Sequence record: PV467749.1
Source: a phage
Direction: 5' to 3' (one strand)
Length of the DNA: 64,000 nt
The position numbers and the translations under genes are program-made. This document shows, in pieces, positions 40,960-53,500 of this stretch (its first letter is position 1; the number at the start of each line of letters is the position of its first letter). The notes below the pieces were generated by a model. That model was not told the DNA's origin, ran no database searches, and saw nothing but the letters and a program-made list of their open reading frames with translations.

Positions 40960-40963
40960 TACA

Positions 40964-43900
40964 ATGTCACAACAAAAAAGACAGTCTAATTTATATAGTG
41001 GTGAGGATTGGACTCAAGTATATGAAAGTTTCTATAAAATCAATCTTACGGCATATGATTTTGATACCATTCGTCAAAGTATGATTGATTATCTACGTGC
41101 TACGTACCCCGATTCTTTCAACGATTGGATCGAAAACGACCAGTTTATCTTTATTCTAGATACCATTTCTATGCTAGGCCAGAACTTAGCATTCCGCATG
41201 GACTTAAACACCCGTGAGAACTTCCTAGATACTGCTACTCGTCGTGCATCAGTACTGAAACTCGCAAAAATGATTTCTTACTCTCCACGCCGTTCATATC
41301 CAGGTCGTGCAGTTGCTAAATTAACAGAAATAAAAACCAACCAAGACGTTCGTAATAGTTTTAACGAATCACTTAAGGATAAAATCATTCGTTGGAATGA
41401 CCCAATGGACACAAACTGGTATGAGAACTTCATTCTAGTTATGAACAGTTCATTTGTCAGTACTAACCAGTTTGGTAATCCGGTTAAACGTATCGATATC
41501 AATGGTGTTTCTCGTCAGCTATATCGTATGAATACAATTCCAATGTCAGCACCAAGTCTTCCATTCACAGCTACAGTTAATGGTGAATCGATGACATTTG
41601 AAGTTGTCAACCCTGATATTACCGCAGTTGGTGTTGAAGAGCGTCACCCTGAACCACAAGAGCAAAAATATATCGTTTATCAGAATGATGGTAACGGATT
41701 TAGTTCTCCAAATACTGGTTTCTTCGTTTATTTTGTTCAAGGGACATTGACATACCAAGATTACCAATATAATATTCGTGAAGAAAACCGTATCCAAGAC
41801 ATCAACGTAGATAATATCAACGAAACTGATGTTTGGGTTCAGGAAATCAACGAAGATGGTATTGTACGTACTAAATGGACCAAAGTTCCATCTATGGAAA
41901 GTATCGCATACAATACTGTTAACCGTCAACTAAAAACAATCTTTGCTGTCACAACTCGTGATAAAGACCAGATTACTATTAAGTATCCTGATTCTCGTAG
42001 TGGTGTTGTTCCTCGTGGGACATATCGTGTATGGTATCGTGTTAGTAATGGTGAAACATACAACATTAAAACGTCTGAAATCCAGAACAAAAGTGTAAAA
42101 TACACCTATAGAACCAAAACACAATCAAGCTACGAATCCAGTACTTTGGATATTCGTTTCACATTGCAATATGAATCAGATCGTGCACAAAGTGCAGAAA
42201 CAATTGAACAAATTAAGGCTCGTGCTCCACAAATGTATTACACTCAAAACCGTTTTGTTAACGGCGAAGACTATAACATTGCTCCGTTGAGTTTGGGTAA
42301 CACAGTTCTTAAATCTAAAGCAATTAACCGTTTATATAGTGGACAGTCACGATTCATTGATATTAATGATCCAACTGGTAAGTATCAAAACACTGATGTG
42401 TTTAGTGATGATGGATCAATGTATCAAGAAAACACACAATTTAATAAATCTTTACAATTACCAACTACCAAAACAAATGCTAGTATTGTAATTGATAATA
42501 TTCAGCCATTGATTGGTGAGAATGCTGTAATCCAACGTTATCAAGCATATCCACCGAATACAATTGGTATTGAAATTCAACAAAAATGGACACCTGAATA
42601 CAATTCTAATTACGCAACTAATACGTATGGTCGTATTATGGGGGCAACAGGTAACGTATTCGGAAATTATCAAGTTGGTACGTTGATTAAGTTTTCAAAT
42701 GCCGGAACTACTGTGTGGGCTAGTATTGTTAGTGTTCTTGATAATGGATATTACGTTCTAAGTACTTCAGTTTCATCAAATATGCAAGCACAAGAGTACA
42801 TTTTACAATACAGAACACGTTTTAATAGTGTCGAAGTGCAAGCAATCGCCGCAATGCTTGATAAAAAGACAGATTTTGTTATTATTCATGATAAAGAAAC
42901 AACTTCTTGGATTCCATTAGAAATCAGTACTGATGAAGATACTATTTCTTATAATGGAAATGAAGTTCTTGTTATGATTAACATCAAATATACTGCTGAA
43001 ACATGGGAATTTGATGCGAATGGCGTTGAATATGTGTTCGTTGGTGGTGATAAAGTTCGTTTTTACTTCGTTTCTTCTAAAAAGATAACTGATATTAGTA
43101 CTGGTAGTGTTCAAAGTGACAAAATTGAAATTTTATCATCAAATACCACAAGCAATAGTAATGCTGGGTTGACAAGTAACATAGATTTCCAAATTTATGA
43201 CACAATTCAACAAGAAAACGGGTATCTTGATGGTTCTCGTGTGGTTATCACCTCTGAAAACGTTGATAGTAATGGAATCCCACTAGAACCTAATCAATTC
43301 AGAGAAATTGTACCAAATTGGACTGGTGAAGATTCAGTTAAATATGGTGGTATATTGGTTTTCCAAGAAAACGATGATTTCACTATATCAGTACTGTCAT
43401 TACCGAACGATACTTTCACTATTCTTGATTCTTCATGGGCTTATACAATGGATCAGGCACTTGCAGAAACTAATGCGTATAAGAGAAGTGAATTTGTTCG
43501 CAACAATGCTATTCGCTCAACAACATTGAGTGGTATCTATAGTAAAGGTTCAGGCTTTATGGTTGGCTTTAAATATGATGGTAAATATTACTTCATTGAA
43601 CAAACTGTTGGTAATAATAATGACCGTTTAAACCAATTAATTGAGAACTTGACCTATTCTGATGATACAACTGCTGCAACTCCTGAACTTGCGTTTTATC
43701 GTGCTATTGTTAATATCGGTACTAATGCTGATGTTAACCAAAAGTTAGATTATTATGGTTATAAAGATGTAACTTCACAATATACCGTAAAAACGAATGC
43801 AAGAACTGGTATTGATTTCCACTGGAAACATTATGCACCAGATGATAATCGCATTGACCCAAGTAGAACAAACTTGATTGACATGTATGTATTAACCAAT

Positions 43901-44425
43901 TCATACAAAACTGAAGTTGATGTATGGTTGAAGAATGGAACACAAGGTAATATGCCTAAACCGCCAACATCTGTTGAATTGAAAGACATTTTTAAAGAAG
44001 TTGAACAAAAAATAGTCATCAGTGACAGTATTATTTGGCATAGTGCAGAATATCTACCATTATTTGGTGCGAGTGCTGCTGAAGATTATAAAGCAGATTT
44101 CAAAGTCGTCAAATTGCCTAACAGTACAATGAGTGATGATGAAATTCGTCAAAATGTCGTAGCACTAACTAACGAGTATTTTAATGTTGACAACTGGGAT
44201 TTTGGTGAAAGTTTCTATTACACAGACTTGTGTACATACATTCACTCCCAATTAGGACGACATATTAGTACTATTGTTATCGTAGCTCAAAACCCTAACT
44301 CTAAATTTGGTTCACTATTTGAAATACCTTCACGTTCTGACCAGATTTTCTTAAGTACTGCATCAGTTGATAACGTACAGATAGTCAATTCCTTGGCTAA
44401 GAGTAACATTAACATTGGTTCATAA
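40964..44425 (+). CDS. baseplate wedge protein, gp6-like (1153 aa)
   Basis: Large ORF following gp25-like gene (conserved gp25-gp6 synteny); AAGGA RBS; assignment mainly positional. Confidence 0.5.
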   Translation: MSQQKRQSNLYSGEDWTQVYESFYKINLTAYDFDTIRQSMIDYLRATYPDSFNDWIENDQFIFILDTISMLGQNLAFRMDLNTRENFLDTATRRASVLKLAKMISYSPRRSYPGRAVAKLTEIKTNQDVRNSFNESLKDKIIRWNDPMDTNWYENFILVMNSSFVSTNQFGNPVKRIDINGVSRQLYRMNTIPMSAPSLPFTATVNGESMTFEVVNPDITAVGVEERHPEPQEQKYIVYQNDGNGFSSPNTGFFVYFVQGTLTYQDYQYNIREENRIQDINVDNINETDVWVQEINEDGIVRTKWTKVPSMESIAYNTVNRQLKTIFAVTTRDKDQITIKYPDSRSGVVPRGTYRVWYRVSNGETYNIKTSEIQNKSVKYTYRTKTQSSYESSTLDIRFTLQYESDRAQSAETIEQIKARAPQMYYTQNRFVNGEDYNIAPLSLGNTVLKSKAINRLYSGQSRFIDINDPTGKYQNTDVFSDDGSMYQENTQFNKSLQLPTTKTNASIVIDNIQPLIGENAVIQRYQAYPPNTIGIEIQQKWTPEYNSNYATNTYGRIMGATGNVFGNYQVGTLIKFSNAGTTVWASIVSVLDNGYYVLSTSVSSNMQAQEYILQYRTRFNSVEVQAIAAMLDKKTDFVIIHDKETTSWIPLEISTDEDTISYNGNEVLVMINIKYTAETWEFDANGVEYVFVGGDKVRFYFVSSKKITDISTGSVQSDKIEILSSNTTSNSNAGLTSNIDFQIYDTIQQENGYLDGSRVVITSENVDSNGIPLEPNQFREIVPNWTGEDSVKYGGILVFQENDDFTISVLSLPNDTFTILDSSWAYTMDQALAETNAYKRSEFVRNNAIRSTTLSGIYSKGSGFMVGFKYDGKYYFIEQTVGNNNDRLNQLIENLTYSDDTTAATPELAFYRAIVNIGTNADVNQKLDYYGYKDVTSQYTVKTNARTGIDFHWKHYAPDDNRIDPSRTNLIDMYVLTNSYKTEVDVWLKNGTQGNMPKPPTSVELKDIFKEVEQKIVISDSIIWHSAEYLPLFGASAAEDYKADFKVVKLPNSTMSDDEIRQNVVALTNEYFNVDNWDFGESFYYTDLCTYIHSQLGRHISTIVIVAQNPNSKFGSLFEIPSRSDQIFLSTASVDNVQIVNSLAKSNINIGS

Positions 44426-44433
44426 CACATTAA

Positions 44434-44457
44434 GGCGTTCTTCGGAACGTCTTTTTT
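44434..44457 (+). terminator. rho-independent terminator with UUCG tetraloop (GGCGTTC-TTCG-GAACGTC, T6)
   Basis: Stem-loop followed by TTTTTT directly after the gp6-like gene stop. Confidence 0.65.
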
Positions 44458-44461
44458 ATAT

Positions 44462-44469
44462 CATAAATA
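44462..44469 (+). promoter_or_regulatory. late-promoter-like motif CATAAATA upstream of the giant ORF
   Basis: One mismatch to TATAAATA, about 35 nt upstream of ATG 44506. Confidence 0.35.
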
Positions 44470-44505
44470 AATCAAATGAATGAACGAATTATATGGAGTC
44501 CAAAA

Positions 44506-47500
44506 ATGACTAATAATTTTAAGTTTCAACCTACACAGATGGCTGAAGCAGTACAGAAGAAGCTTTTCATAAAAAGATTGCCTGAGTGGATGCAAGGCTT
44601 AGAAGATATTCAGAAAGTCAGTGATGATGTTATCCAACAATGGTTTAATCCGGCTGAAAACGAATTAGTTGACGGCTACATTGGTGACATGGGTTCTCCG
44701 GCAGCAGCAGGGAACATCTTCTTACACGAGTCAACAGTCGCACGTCAACTATATCAGTTGTCCACTGCGTATGTCTCAAGAAATGATGACTCCAGCATTC
44801 GTTCAATTCAATTTTATGATGATCTAGTTGGCTATATGAATCATTACGGGGCACTAACCGAAAATGAAAGCCGTTTGTTTAATGGTAAGTTCTATTCATG
44901 GACCCCACCAATTAACCCTAACAAAATGAACAACTACAGTTCATATCTATGGGATTCCAAGAATAGCTATAATATCGCAACTCCAGATTATATTGTAATG
45001 GAACGTGGTGCAGAAAATGGAAACACTTGGTCACTACAAAACTTCTGGTACACATTAGGTGAAACTTTAGAAGATGGTACAATCCTAACTGAAGAACTAA
45101 TGCAAGATTCCCGTTTTGTTCGTGCTCGTGCTCCAATTATCGAATACAATAAAAATATCGAACTAATGAACTACGGTACTAAATTCCGTGGGACAGTTGA
45201 TTTGTTCTCTGATATTATTAAACCTGAAGATATCGTACAAAAAGATATTAACAGCGGTATACGTATTGATGGTATTATTCCACAAGATGGTATGCGTATT
45301 CTTTTCACCAGTATTGGTAACAATGGTGAAAACAACCGAATTTATAAAGTATATGTTAAACGTATGCAAGATGGAACACGTGTGTATGGTCTAGCATTAG
45401 ACCCAGACGAAGAATCTGAAAGCCGTCCGAGTGGTGAACCACAAGATGGTGACGTAGTTCTTATTATCAAAGGTAATGAATTTGGTAACAGTTCCATGTA
45501 TTGGGACGGTTCTCATTGGATTCAAGCACAGTCTAAAACTTCTGTGAACGTATTTCCACAATTCCAATTGTATGACCGTAATGGTGTTAAACTAAACAAC
45601 ACTACTACCTATCCATCAAGTACTTTTACTGGTTCTTCATTATTTGGTTTTAAAATTAACTATAATTATGCAACCGATAGCGTTTATGGTTATAACATTG
45701 AACTGGGTGATTACAATTATTACACCTATGAGAATTTCCTACAATCAACTCGTTATACCTACGAGCATTTGGGTGTGGAAGTTGAAATTGATGGACTATA
45801 TTACTATAACGTAATTGGTGAAGGTAATACAATGAACCTAGAAACTGATTGGGTTCGTAGTACTGAATACTCCAAACAATATGTTAAACAAACTCCACAG
45901 GTTGAACGTACAGTAATGTTCCGCGTGTTCAGTACTGTTTATGACATGGAAAGTTTCAAAGATCCAGTTGAAGGAATGTATGCTTATGTAATTGAAGTTG
46001 ACAGAACTTATCAATATTACAAAGCAGAACGTGAAACATATCTTGATTGGCATGTTATCGTTGGTGATGGGGTACAAAGCGTTAAGTACAATCATACATT
46101 TGAATTGGCACAAAAAGTACTAGATAATTCTGATGATATTATCGAACTAGTTGTTGATGGTGTGGAAATAAAAGAATACACCAAAACTGTAGTTAATAAT
46201 CAAGTACAAAGTATTACAATTGATAGCTCTGTTGATTTGGATGAAGATTCTGTTGTACAAATAAGAACTTATAGTAGCACTATCACTCCTAATAAAGAGT
46301 TGGGTGCATATGAAGTTCCAATTAACCTACAAAATAACCCATATAATTCAAACATTGAATACATCAATCAAGGTGATTACACCCTGCACTTCCAAGATAT
46401 TATTCAAAAGAATATTACATCTGGTTCTGCTGATGACTTTAACAATTACGAAGAACGTTTGGCTGCTGGTTTGGTTAATAATGGTGTAGGCACTAAAATT
46501 ATTCAAAACGAAGCGTCCATGTTACCACTAATGGCACATACCGCTAATGAAGATATTGATTTGTTTGAATCAATCATGTTTATGCAAGCAGAATACTTCC
46601 GCTTCATTAACAAGTTCAACACTCAAATGCTTCGTTTGTATGAAGAAGACCCAAGTGCTTTTCTTGGTAATAGTGCATCAAACATCGTAGATGCGATTCT
46701 AACAGCTATTAATATGGGACGTGATAGTTCATTCCCATTCTACTATGACAACGTTGCAAGCACTGCTGGGTTTATTCGTGCATTTGTCCCACCAACTCCA
46801 CAGTTCTTGGGTATTTTGCAAGCTTATACACCACAAAAAGCAACATTCTTAACTGCTGGTAGTAAATCTAGCTGTTATAATATCAGTCATACTGGTGTTA
46901 TTTCAAAAGCATACCGTGTTATCAATGGTGTTGATAAAATGGATGACGTAGTTTTTGAATTGGAAAATCGTATCTTTAATAGTATTGACCTTACTTTCAA
47001 GGATATTGATTATAAACCAGTACTAAACAGTGAAGACCTATTCCCAACTCCATATTTCACTGGTACTGATTATAGTGCAGAAGAAAAGAAAACTCTATTA
47101 CTACGTGGTTACATTAACTTCACAGCAACCAATGGTATTAGTAACAGTACTCATGATTATGATGCAAATAACTGGAGAACTTGGAACTATACTGGTAGTT
47201 ATTATGTTGTTGATGGTCAACGTACTGAAATTCCTGCTCGTGGTTCATGGCGTGCAATCTATACTGACCAATATGGCACATATCGTCCAGCAACCCATCC
47301 GTGGGAAATGATGGGCTTCTCTCAACGTCCTACTTGGTGGAACCAAGAATACGAACCAACCGCAGTTCAAGTTGGTGAACGTGAGGGTGATGTTGTTTAT
47401 GTGTATGAAGCACTAGTAATGAATGAAAATGGTGATTTGGTCCCAAGTGGATTGTGGGATATTGATGGTACTATCGGTGACAGCAGCACTGGTACTATTT

Positions 47501-50500
47501 TGTCCGGTGAACGCCGTGGTCAATATGACAAATACAAGCGTTTCGGTGTACAGCCATTTAAAATCACTAAGACTGGCGAGAAAACCAGTACTGGTATTGA
47601 TATTTGTGAAGTTGAGTATATTGCACCTGAAGTTTTAGGTCTTGTTAGTGGTAATTTAGATCATCGTGCAGAACCGTGGGCTTATGGTGACATGGGTGAC
47701 ATGGAATTCACTTACATGAACACTGCGATGTTTGCTTATGACCAAATGCTTCTTCTATACAAAGCAAAACCAGCACAGTTTGCAAACTATTACTGGGATA
47801 CCCGTAATGATAACCTTAAACCAGTTTATACTGATGGTTCACAGTTCCTTTATGGTGAAACCCGTAAGCGTCTAAACTTTGACAGTGCTACATTAGTACA
47901 TGGTGAGAAAAATACCCGTACTATCGGTTATCAAATGTTTGTTAGTGACTATTTGATGTATCAGAATAAGAACATTACCACCAAATACGGTGACGTTGTT
48001 CGTTCTTCTTATGTCAATGTCGCTCACAAAATTGGTGGCTTTACTAAAGCAGACCAATTGACATTCACTGCTAAATCTTTCGGTTTGATTTCACAAGAAA
48101 ACCAAACTATCGGTCTAGTTCGTTCCAATAACATTCGCGATGAGCAAATGAGTGCAGTAAAAATTACTTGGAATGGTAGTGCATATCAAATTGATGGTTA
48201 TGATTTAGTTGGTGCTAAATTTAAATATAAAATTCCAGTTAAAAATGGAAGAAAAGTAACTCTTAAATTGGAAGACAGAACTGTTGTTCATTACAATGAA
48301 TGGAAATCTGAAGGTACATTAGAATATGGTAAAATATTCAATACATACCAAGAAGTTTATACTTTCATTTGTGGATATGGTGAATATCTAAAAGAACATG
48401 GCTGGATTTTTGAAGATGTAAATGATAGTGGTGCTCAACAAGACTGGACAACTATTGCTAAAGACTTTGTTATTTGGAGTCAGAATAATTTAAGTACTGG
48501 TGAGTTCATCTCCTGTACTCCAAGTGCAGCTAATGCTAAATTTGGTGCAGATTTTGGTTCAGTTCAATCTGTTACACAGAACAGTGGTGGTGTTTGGTCA
48601 CTACTCGATGATGAAAACCAAGGTATCCGTCAATATGAAATCGAAACTTCGCGTATCGGTAACGTATTCACAGTGAGAACTACATCTGAATCACAAAAAC
48701 GTATGGCGTTGATTCGTTTGAGCCTAAGTTCATATGAACACGCAGTTGTTTTTGATGATAAAACTATCTTTGGTGATTACATTTACCAACCAACTTATGG
48801 TGCTATTCAAGAATTGATTAAAATGTATGGTTACATTACTGGGGCATGGACTGGTCGCCTACAAGCACCTGGTTTCATTATCCTAGAAGCAGGAACTTTA
48901 CCATCATTTGAAAAATTAGTAACTGATTTTGAATTATATTATAATAGTGAAACTCCTGTGAGTGATGTTCAGCTTCAAGAGTTATCAAATCACTTGATTG
49001 GCTATCAAACTCGTGATTATCTACAACGTATGATTAGTAGTGATGTTAGTCGTGTTGATTTCTATAAAGGATTCATTCATGACAAAGGTACTAACCAAGT
49101 AATGGAAAAAGTACTACGCGTTTCTAAATCTTACGACACTGATGAATATAAAGCACTACAGGAATGGGCATTTAAGATTGGCACTTATGGTAATATCAAT
49201 GGTAAGAAAAATCTACAATTTAAACTAATCAATGACCAATTTAAACAACAACCACAGATGGTTTCGTTTGATGTTAATGCTACATCAAATGGTACTGGTA
49301 ATGGTATTGTTTATTACGGTGAACAAGGGGTTGACTCACGCTGGATTACTCGTCCAAATGGTAAGTTTTCATTCCCAATGCGTAGTGGAAGAAGTGAGAA
49401 TATCCAACTTCCAGACATTGGCCCAGTAACACTAGATGAAATTTCATACGTTACTAAAGATTTCAGTACTGCATATAATGATCGTATCAATTATATGAAT
49501 AACAGTGGTGAAATACCAGATTCTGTATGGATGTTTAAAGATGGTAATGATTTGTGGAATATTTTCGAACTAGTAGACACTGAAGTTGAGATGCTCTCTA
49601 TCGTTCCAATTGAAAATACCGATGTATATGCAGAACAATTCTGTAAAGTAACTCTAAGTGATGATATCCCACTAAATGATGGTGATTATTATTACTTTGT
49701 TGATGAAACTAACTTTATGCCAGATACATTGACTATAGAAAGTCAATATTATACTGCGGGTAATGACCCTAGAGTTATGGTAGTTCCGTTTGACACTTCA
49801 ATAACTATTGACTTCACTGATCCTGATACTCGCCCACGCTTGTATCGTTATGTTTCACGATTCAGTACTGAAGAGATGCGTCAGGAATACATTGACAGAA
49901 AATATAGTTTTAAAGCTCCACAAAGTACTTTGTTTGACCGCCCAACCACATATGATGAGCGTACTAACATTACTGCGTTGTACCTAAACGTGTTTGACCC
50001 AATCAACGGTGTTATTCCTGGTGCAGCGATGCAGAACGTTACCTACACATCTCCAGTTGACCCAGCACAATACAACAGCAATGGTGAATTGATTCAAGCA
50101 TGGGGTGCTGATAAAGTTGGTCAGGTTTGGTGGAACACCAGCACTGCTTTCTACTTAGATTACACTCGTGCAATCTATGATGCTGATGGTAATGTGGATG
50201 TTGATGCAACAAATGAATATAAACGTTATAACTGGGGCAGATTGCTACCGCACAGTACTGTTGATGTTCTTGAATGGGTATGTTCGCCAGTGGAACCATA
50301 TAACTGGGACAAATACTGTAAAGACGTTGCTAACAAAAATAAAAACAATACTATGTACCTACCAAGCGGAACCGCATTGGAAGATAATTATAGTACGTTC
50401 TTAGAATATGATAGCACAACTGATACTTATGTTACAAAATACTATTTCTGGGTTCGTGATACAATCTATGTACCACCATTGCATTCCAGAACTAAATCTT

Positions 50501-53500
50501 GTACTGATATTGCTCGTATTATTAAAGAACCAGCACAGCTTAACATTCCTTGGTTTGCACCAATCAATGAAAGCTCGTTCATTCTAAGTAATATGCAATT
50601 TGAAGTCAACGATGACACAAGTATTTTAACTGTTTCTTATTACATGGATAATACTGAAGTTATTAAACATGACCAGTATCAATTATGTAAAGAAGGTGAT
50701 AGCTATAACTTCAATCCATCAATCTGGACTTCTATGTGGAATTCTATGATTGGTCAAGAAACTACTGAATCAGGAACTGTTATTGATTTACTATATCCTT
50801 TAGTACCAAACGGTTTAGGTTCTAATAAGACTTGGTTCCAAGATGTAATTGAAGCTCGTAGAAACTTTGTAGAAAGTGCAAATAACTATTATCGCTCACA
50901 GAATATAACAACTAACACTGTTCTAATGGACGAAGTGTTTAATGTTAAAACTACTGAAGTTAACCCGAATGAAGTATCATATCGTGTACTAACTTACAAT
51001 AGTGAATTAGTCATTGCACCTGAAAGTGACAAGTTCAAAGAAAACGACGCAGTACTAGTAAGTACTAGTGGTGTATTACCTAACCCACTATCAACTAGCT
51101 CTGTATATTTTGTGCATATTGATGCTAATGGTTATATTCATCTAATGAATAGTCCATCAAGTGCTGGTAGTGTGGTTACCATTACATTGGAAAACCGTGG
51201 TGAAGGTCAACAGAAAATGATTAAACAATCAGACTATGTTGAAGCACTAGGAACTTCATTGGACATGACCCAGTACTGGTCACTAGCAGATTGGTATGAT
51301 ATTGGTTACGATAAAAATACTGCATATACACAAGAATCCAGCCTAGAAGATGCAAACACTAAGAACTATCAAGTTGGTGACATTATCAGAATTACAGATG
51401 TTGATGGCATCTGGACATTGTACATTAAAGCACAATCACGTGATTCAGTTTACTGGAAAGCAATTGGTCGTGAAAATAGTACAGTTGAATTGAATGATAT
51501 GTTATACGCTGACTATACAGTTCGTGATGCTAATGGTTCGTTGAGTAATCGTGAGATTAACGTTCGTAAAGCACTAGCTTTATTGAAGAACTCATTCGAC
51601 TTACATCAGAGTGAAATTGTGTTTGATATGGTTAAGTATGTTCACGTAGAACAAAGCGTTGTTGATTGGGTATTCAAAACATCTTACATTTATATTGTAG
51701 GTTTAGAACAATCATTAGTACAGAACTATTCCAACGACAACTTGATTAATCAAATCGTTGAGTACTTTGAAGAAGTTAAACCATATAGAACTAAGATTCG
51801 TTCCCAGATTGAACAGAAAACATCAGATGATGATTTAATTAAAGGTTTGTGTAATGATTTAGATCCTAATGGCTATATATTTGCAGATGGGACTTGGGTT
51901 AAAACGGAAAAAGACATTTGGGATTATGAATATGCTCAATTCAATGAGGTAACTCAACGTTGGGAGCAAGTTGGTGAATTGCCAAGTGATTTCGTAACAC
52001 CTAATCGCCGTTTCCAAGAAATTGATGTTATCATGCACTACGACAACACTCAATGTAAACCAAATGATAATTTGGCAAGTGTTGATGTATTGGAAGAAGT
52101 GAATAAGAAATATCAATCTAATGCACAAGATGTTGTTAGTAATTTTGAATTACAACGTTACAAATATACATTCCCAGAATACAGTGATGAAGATTTCGAC
52201 CTATTGGTTGCTTATCAGATGCAATTGTATTACCCAGAATTGAACGTAACTCTAGGGATTGCTTACGGTGTTAACCAATGGTATGCAGACCATGCAGATG
52301 ATTTGGTAGCAACCGCAGAATTCACAGAAACGTTGAATCGTGTATATAAAGAATCAACACAAAATGAAATGTTTAATGACGTAAATCATTACGTTCAGTA
52401 TAACACACTCTCTAACCGTTTGAAATTGTACACAGGTGCAGATGATGAAGTAATTCATGATGAAGTTGGATGTGGATTTAGTGGGTTAACCTATGATGAT
52501 AATCCAAGCACCAGACTACCGTTTGGTTATGCATCCAGTACTGATTATAACTTTGGTTACTTTGAAGTTAGTAGTGAGTTGTATAAAAAGTATGTTTCTT
52601 TAATTAAAGAAAACAATACTACTGCAACTGATGATGAAGTTAGAATTATACTTGAAGTTGAATATGGTGTTTATTCATATCGCCATGTAGATGAAGATGG
52701 AAATCAACGATTCTACAATGACGCAATTCATGTATTGTCCGGTATGCGTGGTTTGTATGACAAAGATGCTACCGACCATTATGAAAAGGCTGAAGAAATA
52801 CTAAGTAGAATGCCTATTGATATTCATGCATTTACTATGATGCCACGAAAATATGTTTATGTTAATGTTAATGGTGTATACGAGAGTATCCCAGATGACC
52901 AAAGCATTGATGATTTCATGGAAGACAAATTCATAACTGACGGTCAACTAGTTCAATTGGCAGAAATAAATCTTGATGACTTACCTCTTGATAGAAATAA
53001 CCCAATGTACAGTGATTATCAGCACATCCTAGATAGCATCACCGATGCTAAGTACTACGATGATATGAATGCATTTGATAACCTAGCACTTGAATCACAA
53101 ACTTCCGAGTTAAAATGGGAAGTTGAAGGTGACGAAGTAGATCCGTACATAATCGACATTTCTGATATTAACCCATCAGGAAGAAAGATTGGTCAGATTC
53201 GCTTCACAGTTGATGGTTATGGATTCAATAGTGTTTCACTAGTTCAATTGAGAGACAATAGTAGATATAAAACTGAAGGTATGGTTATTATCAACCCTTA
53301 TAAAACAACAGAAGCAATTGTTAGTATTCCTTCTTACGCTAAGATTGAAAATGATATTAGTAAATCATACAGTAAGTATGATGAAAAATACTTCTATAAA
53401 ATTAAATCAATTGTTAGTGATACAGAAGCTGAAGTAATTGACAATACCCTATCTGATGGTGATAAGGTTATGATATTCACAACTGATGGTGAAGATTATG

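Noticed and set aside
44645-52128. Many 60-130-aa ORFs on the minus strand and in alternate frames inside the giant gene (e.g. 44645..44854, 45838..46113, 50039..50299, 51859..52128)
   Set aside because: Embedded antisense or out-of-frame within a long coherent ORF; no RBS; typical AT-rich chance ORFs.
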